NCBI RefSeq assembly: GCF_964355755.1
Contig: NC_092670.1
Location: 32,290,388-32,354,387 of the forward strand
Direction of reading: 5' to 3'
Length of the DNA stretch: 64,000 bases
Source of the DNA: Antedon mediterranea
Taxonomy: Eukaryota > Animalia > Echinodermata
Shown: piece after piece, positions 12,801-27,800 of the stretch
How the letters are laid out: each line of letters begins with the position of its first letter
How positions within the stretch are numbered: the stretch's first letter is position 1
Made by a program: the position numbers and the translations under genes
The notes under the pieces: generated by a model
The model's database searches: none
What the model saw: only the letters and a program-made list of their open reading frames with translations
What the model was told of the DNA's origin: nothing

Positions 12801-15800
12801 GCTTACACTTGACATCTTGCTTGCTTTATGTTTTGCTATGAATTTTATATTTGTTTGTTATTTTTTGTTTCATTTTATTTATTTTCATGATTTTTGTGAT
12901 ACAGTATTTGGATTGGGATTGTACTAAAAGCGTTCTGATTGTTTTTAACATTGATAATAATTACATGGGATACATATTAGAAAAAAAATATTATGTTTAA
13001 TACGAAGGAAGCTTTTAGCCTGGTATGTTTTATAATTGCTTTCAGGTAGAAAAGGTGAGAAGCGTTGAGGCTGCAGTCCCCGTATGGCGCCAAATAAGTT
13101 AATCTTGTGCCAGAAAGTAATATAAAATGACCGTAAAAACTGCTCATGCTGTCATTGGTTATGGGAAAAATTTTTTCATGGTACTAAATAATTTCAAAAT
13201 AAACAAGATATTGCTTCGAGAAGGCATGCTTTTACCCACACCTAAGTCCCTTAGATGGTCCTAGCCTACTGTAGCAGACCTACTGTTATACGAAAAAGAG
13301 AAATGAAGATTTGGACTAAAGGTTGTTTGGTGCCTGCTGTAAACAGACAAACAAAAGTGGTTAAACACAGTGAAAACAACCAAAACTACTAAAAAAAGTT
13401 GTTTTTAATTACTCTACTTGAATATTAGAGTTATTGTAATATCATAAGGCATTAATAATTTGTTTGTGACTGATACTATCAGTACTGTACTGAAAGCAAG
13501 GTATTGCTACTGTAAACCCTGCAAAGCTTAAAAAAACAAACCAAACCTCATCGATCCAACATAAACATGATTGGATCATGTAGTGTACTGTATGTCAGTT
13601 AATTTTTTTTCATTAGGCAAAAATTAAAGTCTATTACGTGCCTGCTTACCTGGATAAACCCGACAATAGCCCTTTTCCACGAAGTGCGAAACTAATACGA
13701 AAAGAATTCTACCCGAATTCACATCATAAAGAATGGTACGTTCCGCTCTAGCGCCCTCTCGTGGGACCACTCCCACGTGTTACCGTACGAAAAGAAATGA
13801 TGACGGTAACACGTGGGAGTGGTCCCACGAGAGGGCGCTAGAGCGGAATGTACCATTTTTTATGAGGTGAATTCGGGTAGAATTCTTCTTTTCGTATTAG
13901 TTTCGCCCTTCGTGGAAAAGGGCTATTGTCGGGTTTATCCAGGTAAGCAGCACTTATAGACTACCAACACCATTTCTGGTTTGTGTAATTAAGATACAAC
14001 CCCAGTTTTTCATATTACAGTTATTGTATTTCTTCTGATTTGTTTTGTCATCTTCAATATATATTATCCTACACAAAATGTTGAGAGTCAATCTTTCATA
14101 TATAAACATGTTTTTCTTTTAGTTGTCCAAGATAGTTTCTCATCCAATTTTCAAATATAATATTTTCATTATGTAGAGCCAAGTGCACTTATGTGTACTT
14201 AACAGTCAGAAGATAAACGCAATTTTTCTCATTCTCCAGAGGTTAGGGAAAGAAACTGAAAAGCGATTTTGTATCATACTTCAAAGTTGTGTATGCTGCA
14301 TTTAATTAATTTTTCTTTCAAAAGACAAACACATTAGTGTATCATCTGGAATTGAGCATTTTAGTGAAATAAGGGTGTTGATTGTCTGAATATATTTAAA
14401 ACCTATATTAAACGTCAATCTCTAGTATGAACAAGATAGATATCTCATGTATTATAGTACTGAATATATTATGTGGCTTAAGCTCTGTCTACAATATCAA
14501 ACTTTATTTGAAATGTGATGTGCCCATATATGGACATGATGTCATACTGTATCACTGACTACCATATTTGGGCATATCACTACCAAATTTGTGTTCATGC
14601 ACTCTTTTTTGGTCAAACTTTGATAGTATACACTATTCTCTATAGTGTATACAGAGCTTTATGCTTTTTGTACAATCTTTCCAATTCTAGTTAAAAACAT
14701 TAAACACTCTTTATACCCCTCTTAATTCAAACTTCATTTCCCAACGTAAAAGACTGTGCACATTGAATTTGCTGCCCACATTAGTTGTTATTCCCACTCA
14801 CTCACACCATGGAGGAATAATTCCTTCATGTTCACACAAACTTTCTTGAGTGATCTATAAAAAGAATGAATTTATGGTTTTGTATATTTCCATAGAAGTG
14901 TCCATTGATTAATTTAAATATTTTAACATGTTACAAAATGTTTTAGTGTTTTCACAATAAACCTTGCTATTTCAACTGCTGTCAAAAGTATGCTTGGAAT
15001 GAATTAGAATTTAAATGTTAATGCCTTCAGCCTGTAAAAGGATGAAGAGGAAGTCTGGATTCCTGGGTTGATGGATCATACCTGTTTTGCCATTTCCTGC
15101 TATTTCAGAGCCCATAACATTTTTCTGGTTGTCTTGATCAGTTAATTCCTAATTCCCAGGTTTGATTAACTTAGCTAACATAATCTACACATCTAGAAAA
15201 ATACAGTCAGCAGTCATAGAGACAGATATATTAGAGGCCCAGTCGTTCCTCTGCTCACAATCCCCTTAATAAAAAAAATGCATTTTTAGGGCTTGGTTAC
15301 CCTTAATTCAAAATCATGGTGATGCACAATGTACATAATGTAGTAAAGAGTACATTAAAGTATATTTTTAAGTCTTCATCTGACTTTTCATCCATAACTC
15401 ACTTTAATAGGCCTTTAAAACAACCAGTGTTAATAAATAGCTTGTCAAGCACCTTTAATTTTCACCCTTCCTCGGTTTTGTAACTTTTTTCCCATCCCTT
15501 TATCCTAAACGTCAATGGTCAATGCTGCTAGTACCACTGATGCATACCTATACACTACTTAACAGCAGGTAGTCAATTCAGTTTAAAGGTTTTTAATTTA
15601 TACTGTAAATAATTAACGCATTCAAAATTGTTGTGCATCAACAACCTACTACAATCGCCTAATGCAATTAAAACCTAATAAACATCCGCAAAAATAGGAT
15701 ATTATTGTTGTTACTTTAGCAGGAAGATTAAAATTGTTCTGATATTTTTGATAACAAATAATATCTTATTTAAAAGGCTTGTCAACCTGCCTGTAATCAA

Positions 15801-18800
15801 GTTTAACATTTCTTGGTATGCTTGGATTATTGGGGCTTACAGGCCTAGTGCTATGCGAAGTGAAACCCACTGTGTAGGCTCACATCTGTCAATTGCACGA
15901 TCAATCAATTACAATTGCAAGATTAAAACTCTGGCACTAATTGAATTTAAATTAGTCTAAAATGTCTTCCTATCCAGGCCTACGGTTGTATTGAAAGCGA
16001 AAGTTTGTAACAATAATGATAGAAAATTGTACAAGAAGAAACATTAGGGTGGGTGCCAACAAATACTGTACCAGTGGATGGAAAGATAAATAGGGTAGTA
16101 CTTTAAGGAAATCTTTGAGTGTGGAAATTTAACTACCTTGCTTAACATTTTTGCCTGGCTCATAGAAATTGTGACGGATATACCTTGATGCAATAATATA
16201 AAGTTGGTTTTCTATGATAAGCAAATGAATATCCTTAAATAAACATTTAGAGTGATCAGTGAAAGTGGCTTAAAAAAATATTAAATGTATTTTCGGCAAT
16301 TTCCAAAGGATAAAAAAAAAATCAAATTATGTGTTCAGCACAAAAAGTACTTCTAAAATCAACAACTCATATAGTCGTATCTGTGATATTCTTGAAGAAG
16401 GAATATTATATCTGGAAAGCAATCTATATCATCCTCCTGACATATCTTGTATGTTCAAGTATTGTCCATACTAATCTATTATAATTCTCTTTTTCGCAAT
16501 ACATTATAATACATAATTGAATGAAAAATGTCCATAGTAATAATGTAACTAGATCTGTATTTGTCATTGGTGAATGCTAGGTGATCTGACCGTGCATGTG
16601 ATCAATGTATCTTACAGTTACTCGATTTTAGTTAGTAGGATTTATTGAAATGTTTCCAAATGCCAAGTGAATATGTCTAACAATGTATGGTTTTCCATCA
16701 AGTTTATTCCTACAAAACTTCTTAAATTGGTATCAGTTCGTATCATAGATCTCCTTCTTGAGAGCATGGGCTATTGTTGGTTTATCCAGGTCAGCAGCAA
16801 TAATTGACTTCCAACCCAATTTGTGTATTTTGTTGATGCGTTTCCCGAAGTTTCCAGTCAAATAATTTTTTAATGATTTATACTTGTTAAATTCTATATT
16901 TGAGAATTTTATTTTTGTGTATTGTATAGTACATTAAATTACATATTATATATATATTACACATTTCTCGCAGTTTAAATTTTTCAATTGTTTCAATTTA
17001 TATTTCTGTATAATGCGTAATTAGACGATTATATAGTATTGAGAGCCCTTATAAACAATGGTTAATGACCATTACTCCTAGCAAATGAGAGATCATGGCT
17101 TTCCCTAAATAAGTTAGCTTTTGATTGGCTCACTCTGTCTTTTTCTTTAACGTTCAAATAATAAAATCCTGGAATCAATTAAGAATAATAATGTCATTGT
17201 TTTCCTGGTTTACAATGATGTATTGTTTTTCTTGTAATAATGATTACAGTTTCAGTTTGTATTTTTAAAGTATTTCCTTATTAATTTTAAATAAATTGTA
17301 AACAAATAGTATTAATATTAGCCTACTATTATAAACAATTGTTGGGTTCTGCTGAATGACTCCAAATAAACAATTTTATGTGTCCAGTGATGTTGCCACA
17401 AGAAATAAAATGGTCTGGTTTTACAAGGAAAGGGAACAATCTCTGTTCAAGCCACTGGGATATCAAAGGCCTTTGGGAAAAAATGGTGTGGTTAAAACCT
17501 TACCAACCATTTACTGGTGTTAACAGTCCTGGGTGGTACAACAATCCATAAAATCAGCATATTATTACCCACATTTGGTGTTTCATTTTGATAACTCCAT
17601 TGAAAATTTCTCCAATTATTTGTTCACAGTATACATTTGTGTAATTTCTTGTAGATTTCTTGGGGCCAAACTTGTTTTTCTGTATCAATTAGTTTTGCAC
17701 AATGTTTAATTGTTACATGTTTGTTTTTATGACATATGTATTATAAACTTCATTTCTAGTTCACACCATGTTATTAGGATACAGTATTAGCCGTTCCAAC
17801 ACAGACATAAGCATAGAGGTATTATGTTGCGTTTGATGGCTAAATGTAATACAGTACTATTGTTATAAAACACTATTGTTTATTGTTTGTGGAGAAAAAT
17901 AGTAAACTGGTTTATGTGTATACTATCAAACTTTATGTGTCAAAAATATGTGATGTGCCCATATATGGACATGATGATGTCATATCACTACCATATTTGG
18001 GCATACCACTACCATATTTGGGCACATTAAATAATTATTTTGATCAATCAAACACCATTAAATGTTTCTTTTGTTCTTTTGTAGAAACACAAGATATTGA
18101 CCTTGATGCACTTCTTGGTGACCTTTGCGAAATGGAACAGTCCTTACAAATGGACATGGATAAACAAATGAATGAGTCCCCAGGCAACACAAACACTGAC
18201 AATTTGATGATGTCATCATTACATTTTGATACACCACCAATGCCACCGCACAGTATAAACACTGGTTCAATTACAGACATTGGTACTGACATTCCCACTC
18301 CTCCCCCTCCTCCACCTCCAGAAAATTCAGATGGCTTTATTGAAGATCTTCCACCACCTCCCTCAGACATGCTACCTGAGGAATTACAACCAGCTAATGT
18401 TCCACATCATACACCGGTGGAAATCATAACAGAACCAGCTTCCCCAAGACTTTTTGAGGTTCCTTCACCTCCTACGCAAGAAGTTACGAATAATACGCGG
18501 TTGAACGGTTCAGTACCCCCAAATCATCTGAACCTAAATCTTGATGTTAGTAATTCGCAGCAATCGTTGTCTTCCATTTCTACCTCGCCAAATTTCTCAC
18601 CACCGCCAGCTAATGTAAGTGATCTTTGTATAATTAAGTCACAAATAAGACAAAATTAACTAACAAAGCTTCATGTGTGCCTCATCCATGTGAGTGCTAT
18701 GAAGGGCCAAAGGTGCCAAAAGTATTATAGTATTGTTATGTTACAATAATGATACAATCTTAATATTTGTCTAAAATTATACAAATTTTTTTTATGATAT

Positions 18801-21800
18801 GGAAAATTGTCTAGAACAACTGTGGGTCATGACCCAGATGTTATTTGGTAGGTTGTACATGATTTGACAAAATTAAAAATAAGAACATGTGGGGGAAGTG
18901 GGACTTTATTGCTATCGAGAAAAACAAGCCAGTATGCATGAATTGCATGTTAAGGGGCAAGGCCTAAAATATTGGGTCATTCTACATCTTAAAAAATTGG
19001 ATCATCAAGCTGGATGGATTAAACTTGTACCGCAGTTCAAGTTGGGATTAGCGGATGTGAGAGGATAATACTCGCCTTCCTATGAACCATACACACATAT
19101 AAGGTGCATATGAATTTGACTCGCAGTTCTAAATTTGCCACTCAGCATTTCAATGGGTTTTTATTTTATTTTCATTAGAAATGCATACAAACGTTATAGA
19201 TATCTATATACAATTACAAATAAAAACATTTAACATAGCAAAAACAATTAAAATCTATAAGATCAAAAAACAAAACAAATAGATATCCCAAAAAAATGTG
19301 AAAGCTATTTCCAATTGTGCTATTTACAATTAAAATATAATATATAAGAAAAAAATGACATATTGATAACCCAAAAAAGTATTATGTGAAAGCTATTTCC
19401 AATTTCCTATATTTACGGGAAAATACAATAAGAAAAATCAATTAAAATATAACACTTGCCATATTTAATAGAAACACTTGCCATATTTAATCAACACATG
19501 GACTTTTACAGAGGAATAGATCATATTAGCCCTTAAAATTTAAGATTATGATTGTTGATGATTTTGTTGACAAACAAATCATGTGACAAATATTGTTGAC
19601 GACATTTTGTTTATTATTTCTCTAAGCCCCTCTTTATTGTACTTAGACTTGTTGCATTCTTAAATTAAATACCAAAATATTTGTAAGATTATTAGATTGA
19701 ATGCATGGATTGAATGCATGAATTGAGTGAGACAACTTCTAAGAATATGTATACAAGGTTTTGTCGTCATTTATATTTTTGTTTGGAGTAGGCATTATGC
19801 TTTTGTATGTAATATTGAACACAATTTTCAACAACAGATTTCAAAAAGTGTTCGTGTGAAACTTAAAGATCTCGAACTTGACCTTCACAATGATGAAACA
19901 TTGAGCGAAGAAGAAAAAGTAGCTCGTATCAAAGCTGAAAAAGTGCGAATTGCTCTTGAGAAACTCAAGGCTGCTAGAGTTAAGAAGGTTTGTATATGGC
20001 AAGGAGAATCAAGAGTTTTGTGCCATTAAATTATTTAATTGTATCGTCCTTCAGTAGATTTGAAATCGTGATAAATGTTTTATCTTTTTAGTTTTGTTTG
20101 TGTTGTTTATCACACAATATCTTTTATAAAATATAACACGTGATCATTTGCTCTTTTAAATGTTGTTTCTGCTGAATGTTCAGCGCTTAGAGGCACCCTG
20201 CATTTTGCGCTTTTTTAAATCAAACTTTATTAGTATTATTATGTAGTTGATACAACTTAATTATAAAATAAATTAGAAAATAGAATATTGATTGTGTTTG
20301 AATTCTTAGAATCTTGAATGCTTGAGATTGACCGAAAGTCGAAACATTGTTTTGAGTTATCAAGAATTATTTTAATTATTAAAAGTAAACATATAATTCT
20401 TTAAATTATATTATAACATGGGTTCAAGGATGTAGCCACTCAAATGCGCTGAAATAAGTCATGTGTGCGCTTATTTATTCACTATCATACACTGGAGTTC
20501 AAAAAGTGTGCAGCAAAAAACATAACAAAACTGTGTGTCAATTGTATGGCAGAATACCGATCATGCTAGACGCTGCACGATATACGAGTACAAAACAAAA
20601 ACAAACACACACTACTTGTATATATTGTCATTTCTGGTACACAACTGTTTTGCTAGGCCTAGGCTAGGTCATTTGGTCGCCAAAGAGAGTGATATTCACA
20701 ATAGAGTTTCTAAATGTCTGTTAAGTACAGTAAATACATCATCTCATGATATTTATTTCTATCTTTTGTTATTCTAGTTGATAATCAAAGTACACACAGA
20801 GGATGGAAGCTCAAAAACTGTTTTTGTTGATGAAACTATGAACACGCGGAATATTGTCCAAATGATGATTGAGAAGAACCATTTTGAGAGTGGACCTAAT
20901 TGGGCCCTTATTGAACAAATGCCAGATTTATATATGGGTAAGTGACATCATGATATTTAATATCTATACAGTACAACTAGGCATAAGTGATGCTGTATCC
21001 ACACCCCTATGCTTAATTATATATAAGTTAATTATTATAATTAATAAATAATATATCTTGTTTGGTTAAAAATAAAAATCACTGTTATTTTCAGAATTCA
21101 TCAACACACACAGTCATGAAAAAAAAGAAAATAGATTATAGATTTTGATAGGGAAATTCCATTCTGAAAAAGGGGCCACATTTCTTATGGCAATTGCTTC
21201 ATTTAGTTATGCAGACTGGATTACATCTTACAGTACTAAATAAAGTAGAACTACTCATTTCTACAATAGCTCTGTTAAAAATTAATTTGTATACTTTCAA
21301 TTTGAGTAAATTGATTGATATACGGTTTAAAATACGTTCTTTGCCATTAAGAAACACGGGTCATAGATAGTTCATCTTCGGTTGAAAAATAATTAATCAT
21401 TTATGTGATCAAAATAGCATATAGTTACTTAATTTAGATGATTTTCAAACTTTATCTATGCAAATGTGATAATTTGTATATACTGTAGTATCATAGGCAT
21501 ATTCCTAAAATACATAATCACATGTGACATTCTCTTTACATTAACTATAATATAATTTCTATAGTACAGCAAGGAGTGAAAAATTGTCCTTTGTGGTACT
21601 TTGTGATACTGTATCACACAAAATTGTCCTAAAAATACTTTAAAAATTGATATAATAGGTTGTTTATGTTTTATTATTGCAGTAGTCAAATACTTATTCA
21701 TTTATTGCTATAATAATTCTATTTTATTCCAATTTCAGAAAGGGTATTAGAAGATGATGAAAATGTAGTGACAGATGTATTGTTAACCTGGTCTAGAGAA

Positions 21801-24800
21801 ACAAACAATAGGATATTGTTTTCAGAAAGAAGAGAAAAATATGCTTTGTTTAAAAATCCACAGGTAATTTAATATTACTGGAATGAAAATCTTTGAACAT
21901 CAAATTAGAAAAGCAAAATGGAATTAAAATCATTTGTATCAGATAACTAATAAAGAAATAAAACATAACCCTATTCATTGTCAATATTTATCTCTAGTTT
22001 ATTGAATGCTCTGTACATTGGGAACACTTTGTGAAAAAACATTTTTGGAGATATTCGAACACATGAATTTTAGATCACTAGCCTGGCACTCATACCGCTA
22101 GACCATAATTGTTTTATTTCTTTTTTTCCTCAGCATTATCTTTTATCTCTAAACACGTCACAATTTGCGACAGAGTTTGCTGAAAAATCTAAAAAGACGT
22201 TAATAGATGAGTTCTTTGTAGGATCAGGAAACCGAGTTCCGGAACTAGAAGGCCCGTTATTCCTTAAATCTGAGGGAAAGAAATCTTGGAAAAAACACTA
22301 CTTTGTTTTACGTGCTTCTGGTTTGTACTACTCGCCAAAAGGAAAATCTAAAGTGAGAATTATTTTATGATCATAATAATTATATATCTATATAAGGAAC
22401 ATTTTTCTAGTAAATATTTGTTACATTATATGGTTCGAAATGTCGGTACCTTTCAAACGGCATCAACGTAAGGTTGAAATTTCATAAACTACAGGCCTAG
22501 ACCCTCTTAGGTTTACATTAACATACATAAAAACAATTGCTTTCTTTATATTTAAAAAACAACAAACGTGTGTGATTAAATATTACATGTAAAATATAAC
22601 TCTGAAACACAGAAGAAAAAGAGAGTTAACTGATCGCACAAGTTGTTGTAACTTGTTTATTATTCCTATCAGTTTAAATCTATTCAATAAATGGTTAATT
22701 CTAGTTTTTGTGTTGATTGATAATTTTAAATATTTAAATTAACAATTTGTTTGGATCAGGTATCAAAGGATCTTATGTGTCTTGTCCAATTTGAACATAT
22801 TGAAGTTTACAATGGAGTAGGATGGAAAAAGAAGTATAAAGCACCAACAGATTTTTGTTTTGCTTTAAAGGTGTGTATTGGTTTGGCTTGTGTATCTTGT
22901 GTTGACGTCAATAAACCACTTTTTTATTTACTACTGTAAAGGATAGGAATGATGTATTTGTAAATAGCTCTATATGTGGGAAGGGCACAAGTGATTATTC
23001 ATATCTCCCAAAATAATGAAGTATTGTATTTTTGATTTTGAAAGAATCTTCCAATGTTTATAGAATAGTAAAGACGTGTGGGTGTTACTATAAGCATGTT
23101 TTGAGAGAGCACTTAGAATATGTATTATTAGTTTTGTAGGCGTGCGTTTGCTATCAAACAACATGACTTGTTATTGCCATAAAGTATTTACTTGTTCCAA
23201 TTTGACTTTACTAAATATGAACTAGTTTTATTTATATAGTAGTAGCTTTGTGTTGCATAAGTTTGTTTACTTTACAGTATTGTTTTGTATTGTATGTATT
23301 TTTTTTTCTATAGACTGTTAGTCAAACAGAATATTACAATACCCTATTCTTAGTTTTTTTAAAATAAACCTCACACAAATCGGAACTTTTGTCCCAGCCC
23401 CAGGAGTCTGGTGTAATTTTATTTGCTTTTATTGTCAATAGATTCATTTAAATATAATATTAATATTTTGAATGTTTGTTATATGTTATTTTGCAGCATC
23501 CACAAATACAGCAAAAATCTAAGTACATAAAGTACATTTGTGCCGAGGACTATAGGACATGTCAGAGGTGGATAACAGGAGTTCGAATTGCAAAGGTAGT
23601 TATTGATATTATCTGTTTTAATTTACCCCAAACAGTCCTATGGCTATGCCATCTATAGGCCTAGATAAGTTTACTGTAAAACAAAAGTAATTAAAACAAA
23701 TCACCATTCACACACAATCCCAAAGATTTCAATTAGGGTAGAGATTTCCAATTCAAACAATAGCAAATAAAATCGGCACATGCAGGGCTATCATTAACCA
23801 TAGTTCTGGTCGACGTCTTCTTGGATAAAAGGGCTTAACTGGAAGTCCATGGTATACCTGTCTCATTTGCGCATTAAAGAACCCAGTTCATTTTTTCGAA
23901 AGAGTACTCGTCTCCAGGTATTGTAGACAGATGGTGAGTGCTGTTATGTCACAACTGAAAGTGACGAAATATTTTGTCCAAATCTATGTGCAATTCAGCC
24001 CTGTAGACTGCGAGTCACAGGTTCTTCTTCTATATCTACATCTTGATCATTCAAAATTGTAGTCTATTTGTCCTATTTTCCTTATATTCCAGTCCAGGTA
24101 AAAGGCTGCTTTGTTACAAATTTTACAATGTATTATTTGCATTAAATTACAAATAATGTCTGTGTTTGCATTGTTTAGTATGGAAAAGGTTTATTAAAGA
24201 ACTTTGAAGAAAGCCAGAGAGATGCGTTGAAATTTATAAAGAATCAAGACACTGCATCAGAAGCGAGTCTCGGAGATACGTCAAGTTTATCTAGTGACCA
24301 ATCAGTGGCCACCGTTAGCTCACAAGGTAAAATATATTATTATATAAACTGTTTGGCATAATGCAATAGGTTAATAAAATCCTAAATATAACTTTTAATT
24401 ATTTGCATATGTTTTATATTTTAATTTAAATTAGGTTCTGCATCATCCGGTGGATCTGGAATTCAGTCAAGGAATGCTAACAGACGATCTCACATGGGAG
24501 ATATTTTCTCACAAGCTTGGAAAAAAGGCAAAGAAGTTGAAGTTGAGGTTGGAAGATTTCTAATATTGAAAAAGAAATAAAAAAAATAGATTTAAATAAT
24601 AGGATAAAGACACACAGAGTTGAAAAAATCATTACTATAGGTCACCCTTACTTACAATGGTAAAGGAAAAATATTATGTGAGTGCAAAAAAGTTAAGAAA
24701 GGAGGATAATATCTGTAAAAACAGGGCCGTAACCACCAGTACGTTGTCGGTGAGGTTTCAACCTGACCACTTTTTCACAGAGGCCTTTGTCAACCTCTTG

Positions 24801-27800
24801 GTTTGAACAAAGATTGTTCCCTTTTCTTGCAAAAACCGCACCACTTTATTTCTTGTGGCGACATCACTAAATAATATTAGTAATTAGCATGATGCTTCTT
24901 ACATGATAACTATTATTATCTTTTTAGCACATTATTACAATCATTTCATTATATAAACAGAAGAACACTGTTTGAGACATCCCTATTCAGAGACAACCTC
25001 TAATGAGAGGCCAGCCCCTAATTTGAGACATCCCTATTCAGAGACAACCTCTAATGAGAGGCCAGCCCCTAATTTGAGACATCCCTATTCAGAGAAAACC
25101 TCTAATGAGAGGCCAGCCCCTAATTTGAGACATCCCTATTCAGAGACAACCTCTAATGAGAGGCCAGCCCCTAATTTGGCCTATGTTATCTTCCAATTCG
25201 AATAATGATCAAAGAATTTATTTGTTTACAGACCAAAAGACTATCAAGAAGCTCAATGTCAATGTCTATTGAGGTAAGGAATATACTAACTTTATCATGT
25301 TTTAAAAATTTTTTTGCTTTGAGTTTTTTGTTTTTTTTTCACATTCTGATTGATTGAAATATATATTTATACTGGGTAACCTCTTCAGTCAAAGACTGGT
25401 CTCCCAGAGGGCCCAGTTGGTGATCAGTGGCTGTGATGTACTAATACACCGGGGTAACCCCCTACTCGTCTCGAAAGATGTACTAGGTTCTTTAAAGTGC
25501 ACACGAGCTAGTTGTGTACACTGGACCTACGGTTTATAGTCCTTATCCGAGAAGACTCGTTCTACCACCAGAACCATGGAGTGAGTGAGCCTCGAACCCC
25601 TGCCGATGTTTTGGCTACGTAATTACGGTTCCACTGTCTTAACCGCTCGACTGTCTTAACCGCTCGGCCACTCACTCAATTCACGGTGACAATTCATTCA
25701 CAATACACACAAAAGTGGAATCGTTTTATTGTGAAAATGAATATCCTGATATCTGATTACAGGATTTAAAGCTCTGTCTACACTATCAAACTAGTTTAAC
25801 AAAAAAGTGTGATGTGCCCAAATATGGTAGTGATATTCACAAATATGGTAGTGATATGACATCATATCCATGGGCACATCACACTTTTTTGTCACATAAA
25901 GTTTGATAGTGTAGACAGAGTTTAGATTATAATTAAATGTTTTTCAATTTTAAAATTTGATGTAATTTCAACAGGATGATACGGGTACAAGCCGGCCACC
26001 TCTTGTGACGCCAACAATGACAAAATCAGATAAAACATTTGATTACGATGTTCAGCAGCAGCTACAGCAACTAGAACGAGAAATGGAACTAGATCTGAAC
26101 CTGGAGGACCTGCCCCCATCTTCCAATGTAAGTGGTTCCCAGGCAAATAACACTCATGCTGTATCAAACATCCAGCCTGGTAAAAACAAAACCAGTGCTC
26201 CTGCCGCTCCTAGACGCATGGACAGCACTCGTCTTAGCACATACTCAAATCGGAGTTCATCTTTTAGTGATAGTCGTAGTTCAAACGAAACAAAACGGGT
26301 GCAGTTTAAAGAGGCTACGGAGGAGATAACAACTCCCCCTGCTGTTCGTGCAGCGCTTCAGAAATCAGCTAGCGGTGTAGTTTTACCTAACTCGCCTAAT
26401 CGTCACATAACTGCAAACTCACAGCGTAGCTCCATGAAAATATCTCGTTCATCCACTAACCAAAGTCCACTTCATAGACGACCTAGTCTTCCATTGGCTA
26501 ACACAGTGTACACACCGCCTTGGTTACAGCAGTCTGTAGCGGGTGAGGCTAGTAGTATTAGTACTAACACATCATATCATGCTGTAGCTCATACAAATAA
26601 TGTTTCTCAACAAATACCTGTAGCAGTACCAAAACCTACTGTCTCAACTCCTATACAAACAAACAAACTGAATCAAGCAAATATCTATGATTCAAACATT
26701 GTACATGCAGAGTCTCCTTCAGTTTCTGTGCAACATGCTCCACCTCCAACTCAATCCACCCCTCCTCTTCCACCTAAAAAAGAAAAGGCTGTAATTTCAC
26801 AGCAAAAACCAGTTGTACACTCAAGGCATCAACTTCCACCACCTCCACAAAAATCTCATATACCTACTTCCCCGGTAGTACCCAGGTCACATCTTCCGCC
26901 ACCTTCACGTATAATATCATATCAACCTAACCATGCTGTACAATCAACACCTCCTACTCCTCCTCTCCCACAGAAGCCTCTGACAGTACGGCCAACACCA
27001 AAAATTCCTTCACTTCCACCCAAACCACCAGTCGACCCACTCCCCCCAATTCCACCCCCTCCACCACCACTAGAGTTACCAGATTCAATAAGTTTACCCC
27101 ATCCATTATCGATAAATGTAGCTCCTCGACCCGCAACTCCCCCATTTCCGGTTGATGATCTACCCCCACCCCCAGCATCACTTCTTCATAGTAAATCGCA
27201 AGAAAATCTGTTTGATTCTACATACGTTCTTCCACCACCACCACCCCCTGAAACTGATGCTGATGATTTTCCTTTTCAAAATACAACTCCAGTTGTGGTA
27301 AGTCCAACAAATAAACAACCTCCATTTGTCAGTCCAAAACCAAACAAAAGTCCTAATCACCAGTTACATAATGGACCTATTCCAAACAGTAAAAATATAT
27401 TACCAGTACCATCGAAACCACAGAAATCCAAACCTGTTGTACCACCACCACAAACATCCCAATCCAAAAAGCAAGGCCCACCATCACCACCAAAACCATC
27501 ACCATCTAAACCATCACTACCACAATCACCATCAACAAAGACACCTCCACCAGTCACATCACCCAAGCCTTCAAAGGTGGGCTCTCTTCGCATCACAAAT
27601 GCGTCTTTTCTAGATCAATTAAACAACTCATTACAAGGTACTAACAACGAGAATAAAATTATACCGCTCAATCCCACGACCAATCTTCCACCAACATCAA
27701 ACAAACCAACAGTAGTCACCAGACAACATAAACCGTTGCCCCCAAGGCGGAGTGATTCAACACGGCTATCCACAGTTGGTACCCCAAAGATACCCCCTTC

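Noticed and set aside
17883-18084. 5' extension of the 258-aa ORF
   Set aside because: Intronic read-through across a MITE fragment; the exon starts after the acceptor AG ending at 18084.
24972-25205. ORF with 17-aa repeats inside RAPH1
   Set aside because: Translation of the 51-bp array; the flanking exons already join in frame without it.
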